DNA of 63,604 bases, filler included, from Octopus bimaculoides (GCF_001194135.2; 5 parts of 5 records of this genome joined end to end with filler, not necessarily neighbours in it), one strand, 5' to 3'; positions 1 to 13,721 are shown, counted from the whole stretch's first letter. The notes: generated by a model from the letters alone, not told the origin. Made by a program: numbers and translations.

Positions 1-205
1 CAACAACAACAGCAACAACAAAAACAATACCCCCACCGCCCACCACTATCACTACCACCACCATTACCAGCTCTGACATTATCTTCATCATCACCATTGC
101 CATCACCACCACAACCACCACCTCCACTACCACCTCCACAACCACCACCAACACTACCACCTCTGATATCATCTTCATCACCACCACCACCACCACCACC
201 ACCAT
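1..205. repeat. Compound (CAA)/(CCA/CTA)n trinucleotide low-complexity tract
   Basis: Runs of caa/cca/cta. The 97..402 poly-Pro ORF is its translation. Confidence 0.9.
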
Positions 206-605
206 TGTATTCTCATCCCCATAAACGATCATTTATATCCATCACAAGCTCCCTAATTAATTCCAATATGCCGCATGTGATACAAATTGACGAACTCATT
301 CCCAGAGTGCTGATTAATGCATTTGGTGCTAAAGAATTCCTTTGTAATAATATCCGAAATATTTCGTCATCTTTCCAAGCCATTTATTCCGGTGGTCAGT
401 AACTTATTGTTGGTCAGTAGTATGGACATACAAACAAAGCCGCATACATGGAACATGATAAATTTCCACCCCACCCACCCTACTTTAACAATTAGTGATA
501 AACAAGACAATGATAAAATCCAAACAAACAGAAATAAAGAAAATTGGAAGGAATGTGAGAATGGATGTGGGAAATGGGTTTTCATAAATTGAATTAATTG
601 TTACA

Positions 606-750
606 CAGGCGTGGCTGTGTGGTAAGAAGTTTGCTTCTCAACCAGATGGTTCTGGGTTCAATCCTACTATGAGCAAGTATCTTCTACTACAGCTGCAAGG
701 CGACCAAAGTCTTGTGAGTGGATTTGGCTGACGGAAACTGAAAGAGGTCT
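606..750 (+). mobile_element. tRNA-derived SINE, family A
   Basis: A-box-like GTGGCTGTGTGGTAAG, B-box-like GGTTCAATCC, body ...GACCAAAG.CTTGTGAGTGGATTTGG..GACGGAAACTGAAAGA. Other copies: ~17792-17951(-), 18355-18512(-), 20905-21040(-), 21746-21902(+), 29779-29935(-), 30515-30666(+). Confidence 0.85.
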
Positions 751-767
751 GTTGTCCTTATCCTCAT

Positions 768-1056
768 CTTCATCATCATTTAACGTCCATTTTCCATGCT
801 GGCATGTGTTGGACGGTTTGACAGGAGCTGACCAGCTGAGGGCTGTTCAGGCTCCTTGTCTGTTTTGGCATAGTTCCAATGGCTGGATGCCATTCCAAAC
901 GTCAACCACTTTACAGAGTGTACTGGGTGCTTTTACACAGCACTGGCCTAGTTTTTTTTCACAAGGCACCAGTACCGTCAAGCCCACAAGATTACAGATG
1001 CTCAGTTGGGGAGGGTTGCTGGAGACAAACCTGTATGCAAGGGCAACCATGCTTTT
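768..1056 (-). mobile_element. SINE family B (3' part, tail GCATGGAAAGCGGACGTTAAAC(GAT)n)
   Basis: Reverse complement of the TTAGGAAGGGCATCCAGCTGTAG...CCCATGC.AGCATGGAA motif with a (GAT)n tail. Other copies: ~2900-3212(-), 7925-8245(+), 11395-11597(+), 25871-26035(-), 28917-29160(-), 36890-36992(+), 39012-39160(+). Confidence 0.85.
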
Positions 1057-1370
1057 ACTTAGCTTGATGTGCATACACACACACGCACCCGTACCTAACA
1101 CTCACAATCCCCCACACACACGCATATCCACACACATACACACACACGCACACACACATACACACGCACACACACTTCTCACCAACACAACACACTCACA
1201 CAGACACGCATACAATCACACACATGGGCATAAACAACACACGCACATACAATAGCAAACGCACGCACACACACGTACACAGCAACGCACATATACACAA
1301 CATACACATACACACAAACACACACGCACGCACAAAAACATACACATACACACACGCGCACGTACAAAAT

Positions 1371-2173
1371 NNNNNNNNNNNNNNNNNNNNNNNNNNNNNN
1401 NNNNNNNNNNNNNNNNNNNNNNNNNNNNNNNNNNNNNNNNNNNNNNNNNNNNNNNNNNNNNNNNNNNNNNNNNNNNNNNNNNNNNNNNNNNNNNNNNNNN
1501 NNNNNNNNNNNNNNNNNNNNNNNNNNNNNNNNNNNNNNNNNNNNNNNNNNNNNNNNNNNNNNNNNNNNNNNNNNNNNNNNNNNNNNNNNNNNNNNNNNNN
1601 NNNNNNNNNNNNNNNNNNNNNNNNNNNNNNNNNNNNNNNNNNNNNNNNNNNNNNNNNNNNNNNNNNNNNNNNNNNNNNNNNNNNNNNNNNNNNNNNNNNN
1701 NNNNNNNNNNNNNNNNNNNNNNNNNNNNNNNNNNNNNNNNNNNNNNNNNNNNNNNNNNNNNNNNNNNNNNNNNNNNNNNNNNNNNNNNNNNNNNNNNNNN
1801 NNNNNNNNNNNNNNNNNNNNNNNNNNNNNNNNNNNNNNNNNNNNNNNNNNNNNNNNNNNNNNNNNNNNNNNNNNNNNNNNNNNNNNNNNNNNNNNNNNNN
1901 NNNNNNNNNNNNNNNNNNNNNNNNNNNNNNNNNNNNNNNNNNNNNNNNNNNNNNNNNNNNNNNNNNNNNNNNNNNNNNNNNNNNNNNNNNNNNNNNNNNN
2001 NNNNNNNNNNNNNNNNNNNNNNNNNNNNNNNNNNNNNNNNNNNNNNNNNNNNNNNNNNNNNNNNNNNNNNNNNNNNNNNNNNNNNNNNNNNNNNNNNNNN
2101 NNNNNNNNNNNNNNNNNNNNNNNNNNNNNNNNNNNNNNNNNNNNNNNNNNNNNNNNNNNNNNNNNNNNNNNNN
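1371..2173. other. Assembly gap (N), one of ~15
   Basis: N run flanked by (CA)n/(TA)n. Other gaps start near 5475, 14304, 21998, 24272, 31173, 41273, 47684, 49372, 54954, 55578, 57076, 58631, 61336 and 62156; most abut microsatellites. Confidence 1.
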
Positions 2174-2217
<44 letters not shown>

Positions 2218-2894
2218 GTATATATGTGTATATATATGTATGTGTGTATATTGTTTTTGTGTATATATGTATGTGTGTATATATATATTTATATATATAT
2301 GTATGCATGTATGCAAACACCCACATGCATACGTACTAGTGAGTAACTGTGAAAATCTATGAGGTCCAATTCTATGTTTAAAGTGAAATATTTCGGGTAA
2401 ACTGCATTTAAATGTCTTAAAACATACCCTAATTATTTATTATTATCTAATGAATAATAAATTATGCACAGAATGCTATAAGAATAAGTGATGCTGTTCA
2501 AATAAGGACAGTTAAAATTATGTGGAACACAGTATTCTGTTAACTGAGGTGACCTGTCAATGTCTCAATGAAATAGACATGCAGTGAAAGCAGTGTTGTA
2601 AATTCTTGCCTTTGGGTTATATGTTTGAGTTAGAGGAAGAAGAAATACAAAGTCTAATGTTATATTCATAAGAAATGTTAGGTTACAGTTTACAATAAGC
2701 CTTTACTAACAAGCAAAAATATCTGTAACACACAAGAGCACCATGAGCACCACTCCAACCACTACCACTACCAACGTTACCACGAATATCGCTATTTCAT
2801 CATTTTTTCTTTTACTGATATTGTCTATCATGGATTATATAGCATAAATAGTAGATTTTTACAGTGGTAAGATAAGATAAGAGGACGATATGAC

Positions 2895-2937
<43 letters not shown>

Positions 2938-4609
2938 TAACGGTGGAACGGTCTGCCAGTGCTGGCCAGGCAGAAGCCTGCACCAGACTCCTATAACTGT
3001 TTTGGCAGGATTTTTACAGCTGGATGCCCTTCCTATCACCAACCACTCAGCAGAGTGGACTTAGTGCTTTTTATGTGGCGCAAGCACAGGCGAGGTCAGT
3101 TTTGACAAGGTTTTTACATCTGGATGCCCTTCCAAATGCCAATCACTTTACAGTGTGAACTGGGTGCTTTTTGACTGGCACATGCACTGACAGGGTCACC
3201 AAGTACTTGCAAGACATTGTTATTTGCAGCATATTGAGTGATTGAATAAAATACACCACAGAATCATTTTAATGATTTAAGATACCCTGGTATTCTCTTA
3301 GAACATATGACATCTCATTTGTGACCTCTGTTTTATATTTATATATATTTACATCATCTAAAATACTATATCATATACACAACATTTTATAAATACCAGT
3401 TTCAAAGTTAGGCACACAGTCAGAAATATCAGTGGTTGTGTGGGTAAGTCAATTACATCGACTCCAATGTTTAAATGTTACTTGTTTTATCGACTCCAAA
3501 ATTATGAAAAGCAAAGCTTATCTCGGTGGAATTTGAACACAAAACACAACGATGAATGAATTGCCTAGTGTGCTAACAATTCTGCCAATTTACCACCTTA
3601 CAATATTTTATAAATATTAAGAAAGAGAATGGAGTGAGCAACATGTTTCATTGTATAATCCTACAATTGTTTCATCAACACTTTACTAGAATATTATTAT
3701 ATAATATACAAAATAATACATTGCATCAGTATTATTCTACTGAACAGTACCAACTCATCAGGTTTATGTGTAAATCAGTTTGCTTAATGAACCCTTAGTT
3801 TACAGATTATTCAGGGCGGTGAAAAAGTAGGCATATAATTATGAAAAGAGAAAATACTTACAATAATCATTTTTTTTTTTATCAAAACGAATTAAGAGTT
3901 ATGATAAAAGTATTATTATGATTAATGACACTGACAATATAAAAAAAAATGTGCTAATAATTTTAATGAATTAAGTATTATAAACTTTGATGTGATACCT
4001 AATGTAAAGCTACTTTTGCATCACCCTGTATACCCCCTCAAGCCCTTATTTTACAGTATTTAATATATCCCTTCTTGAAGATATGATTAGATCATGTTCA
4101 GCAAATCAATTTATACATAAATCCGATGAGCTGATATTTTCCAGTATTGCTTAAATGATACTAACATGCTATTTTATTTTGTATATTACATAATGATAAT
4201 CCAGTGCTAATATTCTGGTAAAATACTGACGAAACAGTTGTAGAATTATGCAATAAAACTTGCTGCTCATTCCATTGTTCTTGTTTATATTTATATAAAC
4301 TCTATGGATATTTATAGATTTTCAGATATAACATCAGTAAAGTAATCCATTTTTGCTGTACATTAGTATCAAATAGACAATAGCCATAGACGGACTCTAG
4401 AAAGTAAACTAAAAGTTTAAATCCAAATATTGTATATCTCTCTCTTCCTGACAATATACGTGTTAACCTCATCATTAACTCTTATCATTTTGTGTACGCG
4501 CATACAAGTGTACTGGAAGTCAAGAATACGTTATCTAATGCATATGTGAAAGTGTGCATATATATATAAATATAAACATATACACACACACACATATATA
4601 TATATATAA

Positions 4610-4644
<35 letters not shown>

Positions 4645-5044
4645 TATACATATATATATATACACATGCACACATGCATATGTGTGTATATATATATATA
4701 TATAGTTATATATACACAGACATACAGTTGGAGCAGCAGATTTACCAGTTCCCAAGAGAAGGCATGTGTTATTAATTGTATGTTGATATTGTAAATAGTT
4801 ATTAAATAGAAATATTCTGTATTAAAGAACACACATACGAAGCAGTGCCCAGATCGGCTGTTTCTATTCTATGCAAAGTAAATATATCAAAACATCTGAT
4901 TAATGTAATAACAGAAATCCTAATATTTATGATCTCACACAGCGTTCACATGTTTAGGATTTCCTCAGTAATTTACAGCATATTACATCCATGAGTGTTG
5001 CAATAATCATGGGCATCGTTATGTTGTCTATTTAACAGTATTTA

Positions 5045-5230
5045 CCTCACAACTGAGAGATTGTGGTTTCGATCTCAGGGTGATACTACCTGTGCACCTG
5101 TGTATCTCCAGGTGCTATTTTCCTGTGAACCTGTGTATCTTTGGTTGCTATTGTCTGTGCACCTGTGTATCTCATGGTGCTACTACCTGTGCACCTGTGT
5201 ATCTCAGAGTGTTACAACTGGTGCACTTGT
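5045..5230 (+). repeat. SINE-like head followed by ~30-bp minisatellite (CTACCTGTGCACCTGTGTATCT core, ~5 units)
   Basis: B-box-like GTGGTTTCGATCTC at ~5063, then repeated CCTGTG(C/A)ACCTGTGTATCT units. Confidence 0.7.
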
Positions 5231-6984
5231 TGTTATGCCAGGTTAATTGCATTTGTAATTGTGTAACATTTCTCTGTTTTTTTTTCTGTCCTTGTTTTCG
5301 TACACATTCACTGCTTTATTCCTATGAATCTAATGTTCTTAGCTTAGTTTTTCCTTGGGGGCCAGATTGGAGGCCAGATTGGAGCAATCTCGAGTATAAC
5401 CAGTCGAAGTTGCAAAGATAATCGGAACTCTTGTCTCATTTTTGTATTGTATATATATATATATATATATATATNNNNNNNNNNNNNNNNNNNNNNNNNN
5501 NNNNNNNNNNNNNNNNNNNNNNNNNNNNNNNNNNNNNNNNNNNNNNNNNNNNNNNNNNNNNNNNNNNNNNNNNNNNNNNNNNNNNNNNNNNNNNNNNNNN
5601 NNNNNNNNNNNNNNNNNNNNNNNNNNNNNNNNNNNNNNNNNNNNNNNNNNNNNNNNNNNNNNNNNNNNNNNNNNNNNNNNNNNNNNNNNNNNNNNNNNNN
5701 NNNNNNNNNNNNNNNNNNNNNNNNNNNNNNNNNNNNNNNNNNNNNNNNNNNNNNNNNNNNNNNNNNNNNNNNNNNNNNNNNNNNNNNNNNNNNNNNNNNN
5801 NNNNNNNNNNNNNNNNNNNNNNNNNNNNNNNNNNNNNNNNNNNNNNNNNNNNNNNNNNNNNNNNNNNNNNNNNNNNNNNNNNNNNNNNNNACATGATAGT
5901 GTATCTGTGGCAAATTATAATTATATGTCAGAGGTTATTAAGGATTATTATAATATGCATTTCTAAGGAGAATTATATTCAACCCTTTTACGATAATACT
6001 TGATGAATGTTGTGTATGATTATCAGAAGGAACCCCGTGTTCTTTCATATTATTTGTACTTTAATTGCTGGAATTGATTTTGTTAAACATTTTAAAGAAA
6101 CAAAATTCTTACAAAAACAAAAAAACCCACTTGATGACATTTTACTAAAATATGGTAACATTTCAGTTGTCAAAGAAGTCTGAAGAATGATGCCAAGTGA
6201 AAATCCATTGGGACATGCAAGCCCCTCATCGATATCATTTGATACATGGATTCGACAATGAAATGTTTGCAAGGAATAAAATTCGTTATTACTTGTATCC
6301 AATTTCATTGACATAATCAATCAATGGAAGAGGTGATGAAAAAATAAAAAAAATTAATTTAAAATAGAATAAAGTAAAATGATGAATTATTTGTTTCTGT
6401 GGATTATGTTTCTAGAGGAAAGAGAAGCCATCATTTATTTGTTTGACACATTCCTGACATTATATTAAGCTAGACTTCAGCCGAGAAGATTTATTTAACA
6501 AGTCACAATTAGTATCAATTAGTCGTTGGCTTTCTTGCTTAACCCTTGATCAGCCCTCATCAGACATATCATTAAAAACACTCCAGATTTTTTGATCTTT
6601 CTGTTTGGTGTCACATTTTAACCCCTGATCAGATCTCATCAAACAAACATATAATAAAAATCACTCCAATATTTTTTTTATCTTCCTGCTATTGTTTTTT
6701 TAAAATATCTATGACAATATTGACATATGTGTCCATCCTTTTTAGAACACTATAATGTCTAGCATGCATGTCCAGTGACAGCATAGAAGCTCCATATATT
6801 TTCCTGGTGAATAAATTACTTACTGTTTGACCTCTGAGTCAGGTCTTTTTGAATAGGTTTGTATTATATCTTCAGGTCTTCTTGACACACTGGACGTTTT
6901 GATGATGACCATAGCAAGATTTGGCATTGTGGAAGCAATCAGATGATGACTTAGCCTGACCTTAAGGAATTCCAATGATGACTG

Positions 6985-7300
6985 TGAAGGCACGTAGCTT
7001 AATGGTTAGGGTTTTCAGCTCATGATCATAAGGTCCGGAGTTCGATTCCTAGTAGAATATTGTGTCCTTGAGCCAGGCACTTTATTTTCACTTTTGATCC
7101 AGTCCACTCAGCTGGCAAAAATGCGCTGTAATTCAAAGGCTCAGCCACATCACATTTTGTGTCAGGCAGAATCTCCCTGAGAACTACGTTAAGGGTAGTT
7201 GTATCCATGGAGTACTCAGCCACTTGCATGAATTTCACAAGCAGACTTTCATTAACTGAATCAACTGGAACTCTTGTCGTTATAACTGACAAAACGCCAG
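6985..7300 (+). mobile_element. Decayed SINE family E copy
   Basis: A/B-box-like head and internal ...CCCTGAGAACTACGTTAAGGGTA...CTCAGCCACTTGCA... matching the copies at 20247, 44021 and 51242. Confidence 0.75.
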
Positions 7301-7559
7301 TTGTTAATTATAATCTGATTATTGTTGTTATTGCTGTTACTAAGACCAAGTTGGTCCTGACAGAGCATATGTGGGGTCGAAGGCATTTGAGATCATAACC
7401 GTTTTTGGTCTTTAATGGAGAATATATTCTTTCATATTGTCTTAGCTCCTTTTATTTGTTTCAGTCAATGCACTCCACAAATATAAAATGGTTTCTCACC
7501 CTTGCACTGTTGATAAATTTTGGTCTCAGTACTTTTCTTGTCTTTTACTTATTCTGAGT

Positions 7560-7925
7560 CTTGGCACAAAGCCAGCAATTTCAGGGGGAATTTGTTTGGT
7601 CAATTACATCAACCCCAGTACTTGACTGGTACTTTATTCTATTGACCTTGACAGGATAAAAAACAAAGTTGACCTTGGCAACCTTTGAACTCAGGCCAAA
7701 GAAATACCATTAAGCATTTTGTCCAACACTCTAATGATTCAGCCAGATTTCCACCCTTATATTAATTGTTTCTCCTCATATTGGTTTCACATTTTGGCAC
7801 AAGGCCAGCAATTTCAGGAGAGTCAGTCAGCTGATTACACTGAACCCTGTTCTCAATTGGTACTTATTTTATTGATCCCGAAAGGATGAAAGGCAAAGTT
7901 TACCTCAGCATAATTTGAACTCTGG
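7560..7925 (-). mobile_element. Two decayed SINE family C copies (tail variant 2)
   Basis: Reverse complement of ...GAGTTCAAATT..GCCGAGGTCGACTTTGCCTTTCATCCTTTCGGGGTCGATAA..AAGTACCAG...AAATTGCTGGC.TTGTGCCAA. A further copy lies at ~3408-3602(-). Confidence 0.8.
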
Positions 7926-8769
7926 CAATTGTCTTGCAAGGTACTTGGTGACCCTGTCAGTGCAGGGGCCACTAAAAAGCACCCAGTCCGTACTGTAAAG
8001 TGGTTGGCGTTTGAAATGGCATCCAGCTATAAAAACCATACCATAACTGACCTCGCTTGTGCTTGGGCCACGTAAAAAGCACTGAGTCCACTCTCCTGAG
8101 TCATTGGTGTTAGGAAGGGCATCCAGCTGTAAAAATCCTGCCAAAACAGTTACAGAAGTTTGATGCAGGCTTCTGCCTGGCTGGCTCCTACCAAACCGTT
8201 CCACCCATGCCAGCATGGAAGGCAGACATTAAGCAATGACGATGAACATAAAGATGGACAAAATAACCACAAAGCATTTTTGCCCAACATGCTAACGAGA
8301 CCACCACCAGTTAGATGCCTTACACAGTTTCTCCTAATATAGACGATAACATACAAAACTTGCATCATCAAAGCAGTTGCTGGAAGAACATATCATAACC
8401 AGAGGTTAAAATATATTACTTATTCCAAAACTCACGAGAACTCAAACTTTTCTGTTATTATTTTGTGGACATGTCTCCTGAGTGGCAGAGTAATTTACAA
8501 TTTTTAACCACAGACATTAGAAGTTTTACAAATAACTACAAAAACAGCACAAGAAAGAAATGAATTTATTAAAACTGCTGGACATAATTTAGAAAGTTTT
8601 GCGGGGAAAAATAAGCTGCATAAAAAAAATGTTTCTCGGTAAATATTTAGTCTGAAATAATAACTAAGCATAGATTCATTGCTTCCTTTTTAATAAAACG
8701 ATTTTGTTAAATATTTACTCTAGAGATTTGTGCAAAGTAGAAAATAACTCTCATTTTAACTAACACAGA

Positions 8770-8834
<65 letters not shown>

Positions 8835-8884
8835 TACATACATATTTGTATACAGATATATGAATTTATATTTATTACATGAGT

Positions 8885-8921
<37 letters not shown>

Positions 8922-9022
8922 CATATATATATATGAACAAATGCATGTATAAATATATATATCTGTATGTGAATGAATTTGTGCATGTGAGTGTGTGTGT
9001 GTGTGCATATATATATATATAC

Positions 9023-9054
<32 letters not shown>

Positions 9055-9181
9055 ATATGTCTGTCTGCCTGCAAATATGTGTGCGTGTGTTTAAAGAGCA
9101 AATATGAAACAGACATAATGATGGAATATGTGAGTGATGGTTACATAAGGAGACTTACATAATGAAGTAAAGAGAGAGAAG

Positions 9182-9257
<76 letters not shown>

Positions 9258-9797
9258 GAACTGGTTTGAATGAAATATGTTTATGCATTCATTCACAAAT
9301 ATTTGTTGAAGCAAAAATATATATACTAGACACAACAAACAAAATAAAATAAAAAAAACACAATCAGTTTTTAATGTTGCTTGAAAAAGCAGAAGTATTG
9401 ATATTTCGAGCCAAAAGCTCTTTGTCAAGGTAGAAAAGAAGAAAAAAATGCTAAAGTTAGATAGTAAAAAGATTTATGTGTATTACTGAACAAATATGGT
9501 TGGTAATGATAGAACGGAAGTGGGCAAGCATATGTAGTTTCTGGTTAAAAAGAGTGCAACGGATGGGGAATAACTGTGGGTCATGCAGGTCTCGAGTTCT
9601 CAGATTTCAATTACCTGAATTTGCTGAGATTGCAATAGATTTTCTTTATTATAGATTCCAGAATGAAGCTTTCTAGATTGCCAGGGTAATGTGTTATTGA
9701 ATAATGGTTGTTTTATCTGTATTGGTTTGTTTTGTGTTATACAATGAATTGTAAAGATTCGTCCATATTATATCTATGGTCACTCAGTGTGAATATA

Positions 9798-10376
9798 TTA
9801 GGCTGGGCAAAAGCAGGTAAACAGTTGCATAATATGAATGGAATGTTCTTTTCATTTCTCTATTTCTTTTTTGCCTAAGCAATTCATAAATCAACAAAAG
9901 GATCTGCAAGAGATACCTAGTTCACTGGAACCAGTTTTTGCTTTATTTCTGGGGACTTTGAGTGAATGCTTTTAGCCACAGGTATTTCATTCCCTTCAGT
10001 GGTAACACTGACCAATCAACTATTTCTCAATGGACCCAGTCTGCTGAAATTTGTCATCTATTCTGTAAACTGATAGAGCTAGTCTTTGAAGTTCTTCAGT
10101 CCATTTCTTCCTAACCTTTTTTGCATTCTCGTTTTCCAGGACAGATTGATGATTAACTTTCATTGATCATTGGTCAAGTTTCCAGCAATATAATAAATAT
10201 GTAAAGTCAGAGATAATTATTTGATTATAAAATGTTGGATCATAATTTGATCATAAAATGAATTAGTTAAAGGAGAACATAGAATCATAGAATTCTTATC
10301 CTAAAAATGAAATAAGGAAATACAAAGAACATTCCATTCATATTAAGCATCCGTAAACTTCTTTTGCCACTCCTGT
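9798..10376 (-). mobile_element. Internally deleted Tc1/mariner relic with TIRs and transposase N-terminal remnant
   Basis: Imperfect TIRs: left TTAGGCTGGGCAAAAG...AATATGAATGGAATGTTCTT, right AAGAACATTCCATTCATATT...CTTTTGCCACTCCTG, TA-flanked. Minus-strand frameshifted peptide W.ENA..VRKKWTEE..LSVYRIDDKFQQTGSI...VTTEGNE...FTQSPQK...SSELGISCRS resembles the DUF4817/HTH N-terminus of Tc1/mariner transposases. Confidence 0.75.
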
Positions 10377-12431
10377 ATAGTGATTTTATGTTGATAACAA
10401 AAAAATATAATCATAACATGAAAGCAGAGGTCTTGAACAAATACATGGCAGACAAACCTCCCATATTTTACATGGCTGTTGACTTGCTGCTAATAAAGTT
10501 AGACAGATGATTATGATGTCTTCATACAACGAATGTTTTATGATTTAAAAAAAAATTCCATCAAGGTTTGTGTTGCTGTATTTTGTCTGTCTGATATTGA
10601 AACGTTTGTAAATTTGTAAAATGTGGGAAAGTTGTCTTATTGGCTGAATAAAGTGAAAACAGAATAGAAGAGGCCAATTTTATTATAAGACAAACTAGAA
10701 AATTATTCTGTTTGCTTCTTATAGCTTCCAAATATTGAATAAATTTCAAACCCCACCTCACAATGTATTATAGAGATTCATGAATGAACAGGATAGTTGT
10801 AAACACTGTGAAACAAAAAGAATGCAAGGACTGCACTTTTGCATCATCTGACCATGCTGCAGCAAAAGATTGCAACAGATTACAATATTCCTCATCATCA
10901 TTTCAACATTCGCCGTTCCATGCTTGGAATTTGTTGAGGTGGATTTTCCAAGGACAAGTGTCCTTTCCAGGTAAGGAAGTATTTCTCCATCACCAGATAT
11001 GTTTTAATGGAAGACTGGAAACAAAGGACACCACTGACATGACAGTGGCATTTGTTTACAACAACCATGTGAAATCAAAGCAAGGAAACAGTGACACATG
11101 CATGCACATATATGTGTGTATGTATATATGTATGTGTGTGTGTATGTGTGTGTGTGTGTGTGTGTGTATCATGGTGTCAATCTCTGGGAGACGATGACAA
11201 GAGTATCAATAACTGCTCATGCTGTTAGTAGTCTTGATGTATGGGAATTGGTTTTTATTGCAATTCCTGCACTAAACTGGCTGAGAGATCCACCAGAATT
11301 TGATGCTCTCAGAGTAGGTAAGATGTTAGCACAATACTTTCCAGGCTTAGACCAGCTTGCAGTAAAACACACCTGTAAATTCTTTGTAAAAAAATGCACC
11401 CATGTTGGCACCATGTAAAAGCACCTTGTACACTCTGTAAAGTGATTGGCATTAGGAAGGGCATCCAGCTGTAGAAACCATGCCAAAGCAGACAATTGGT
11501 GCCTGGTGCAGCTCTTTGGTTTATCAGCTATTGTTAATTCATCCAACCCATGTTGATATGGAATGCAGATGCTAAATGATGATGATGATGATGATGTAAC
11601 TTAATCATAACAATATTAATAACCTGGTGATAGAACTCAATATATGCTTCAAATTCAATTCTCCATTTTGGTGATACTTTCTATCTATAAATGAATGTTT
11701 TCCCAAATCTCATTTTTGATGCCCATCAAAGCTGTAAGGTAATACACAAGCACTCACCTCTGATTGCATTGCATCTTATAGCAGAAACAGTTGTAAGACA
11801 TTGAAATACATTACATAATTCCCTGTTCCCTTATCATTTATATATATACACAATGGTGTTCTTTCAGTTTCTATCTACCAAGTTCATTCAATTTTATGTC
11901 ATTAAAATCTGGATTAGGTGAGAAAATAATTAGTTAATTATGAAAATAAGGAATTGCAATCCAGTCTTAACCTACAAAGTCTGTAACTTTAACTACACAA
12001 AGAGTAAAATAGTGAGACTGTAACTACAAATTTACATAATAAAACAAAATACAAAATTTATAGACACTGCGCCATAGCAACCAAATACGGTATGTCACAA
12101 CAGCTAAATTATTTCATGATGAGAGAAATAAATCTCATGCTAACTGTTAACGAATTTGAAATATGGTAGTAATGAGATCCTTATTAATGAAATATAATTC
12201 AATTCCCAAGCAAATAATGTAATAATAAATCAGTAATAATAAACGTCGTTATAAACCAGATCATCAGCGCTGATAGCATAAGATTGTGAGCACCTTAGAA
12301 GGTCGATAGACAAAGGAACTTTGTGTAAAGTTCACAATGAGAATCTGTGTGCCTATAAACGTGTGTTTGTGTGCTCACACACACACACTTGCTTGTATAT
12401 GTGAGTGTGTGAGAGAGTGTGTATTTTATGG

Positions 12432-12468
<37 letters not shown>

Positions 12469-12680
12469 TGCTGTTCTACACTGACAAACATAACCAACAG
12501 TAATGCATAAACTGGAATAATGATTTCGGGAATGTTACTGTTTGTAATACGAATCGTAGTTGTGTGTACAGATACACGTGCACATGCTCATGCACACACA
12601 CGCACACACACACACGCTTCTTATAAATATATATGAAAAAGAAAAAAGAACCTTCTCGAGTCATATAAACTCAGAGGGCT

Positions 12681-13280
12681 TTGAAAACCGTTGATGTTTT
12701 CACATATTTGGGTTCTAGGATAACAAGCAATGCTAAACTCGATAAGAAGGTTCAAACTCTTATAGAAAAGGCCAGTACAACCTTTGAGAAACTTCATGAT
12801 CGACATTGGTATACCCATGATGTCTCAGTAAGGAAAACAATTGACGTATAGAAGCCAGTTGTTCTAAAAATAAACTCTTTTATATGGAGCAGAGACTTGG
12901 ACACATTTTTGTAGGTGCTTTAGTCAGTTGATCAACTTTCCTATGAAATGTCTCAGATAAATATGTAAGGTTGATTGGGATGTCAGTGAAGAATAGTGTT
13001 ATCCTGGAAATGTGTGGGATATCCGGTATAAAGGCCTTCTCGATCAAGTCTCAGATGCGATGGTATGGACACATCTTTGCATAAATAGTGGTTGAATGCT
13101 AAAACAAATCTTTTGTGGCCAGCTCGTAAATCCATGACATAAGGTTTACCAGCCACTTCTACAGTGTAAGGACAAATTAAACGATAATTTGAAATACCTA
13201 AGTATTAGGAAAAAAAACCTCAGAGAACCTTGGTAGAAATTGTGCTGACGAGGGGAGAGAGTGCTTTTTCCAGTTGAGGT
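12681..13280 (+). mobile_element. RTE (BovB-like) LINE, decayed C-terminal ORF
   Basis: LKTVDVFTYLGSRITSNAKLDKKV...ASTTFEKLHDRHW...*KPVVL/LYGAETWT...MKCLR...QMRWYGHI...KQIFCGQL with stops and frameshifts, typical of the RTE post-RT region. Confidence 0.85.
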
Positions 13281-13721
13281 TGTTTGCTATGTAGGTTCCT
13301 CATGGTAAGTGGCAGAATGAATTTTGTATGTGAATAGTTATTTGTGTATTTTGTATGTGAATAGTTATTTGTGTATTTTGTATGTGAATAGTTATTTGTG
13401 TATTTACTCTGTTAAAGTTTGTTAAGTCTTGGTTTGTGTTTTTGTATGAAAGTATTCTCTTTGTTTATCCATGCTTCATCTGTGGTATTCACTGAACAGA
13501 AGTAGAGTGCAAAAAATAATTCACCCAAATTCCAGGTCTTCCCATTCTACCAATGTTCAGCAAATACTACAGTTGAAGCACAGATAAACTAAGAAAATAC
13601 TTCCATACAAAAGTACAAACCAAGACATAACAAACTTTAACAGGTTACACACACAAATGACTATTCACATGCAAAACTCATTCTGCCACTTATCATGAAG
13701 AAGTTTCACAACTAACAACCT
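13277..13721. repeat. Long inverted repeat (arms 13277-13498 / 13554-13721) with an internal 27-bp x3 tandem in the left arm
   Basis: The reverse complement of the right arm aligns along the left arm (e.g. AAGTGGCAGAATGA, TGTTAAAGTTTGTTA, CTTGGTTTGT). Tandem TTTTGTATGTGAATAGTTATTTGTGTA x3 at 13322-13402. Confidence 0.9.

Noticed and set aside
1179-2339. Long ORFs (300-390 aa) here and at ~31090-32315, 57007-58017 and other gaps
   Set aside because: They are open only because N runs and (TA)/(CA) repeats lack stops.
8436-8535. Minus-strand exon with strong splice signals (TTTTTGTAG| ... CTC|GTGAGT)
   Set aside because: All three frames hit stops (the best, LFVKLLMSVVKNCKLLCHSGDMSTK*). It could only be non-coding or terminal, and such signals occur by chance.
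12490-12530. Possible miRNA hairpin (ACAGTAA...TTACTGT)
   Set aside because: Only ~8 bp of terminal pairing and no recognised miRNA seed.
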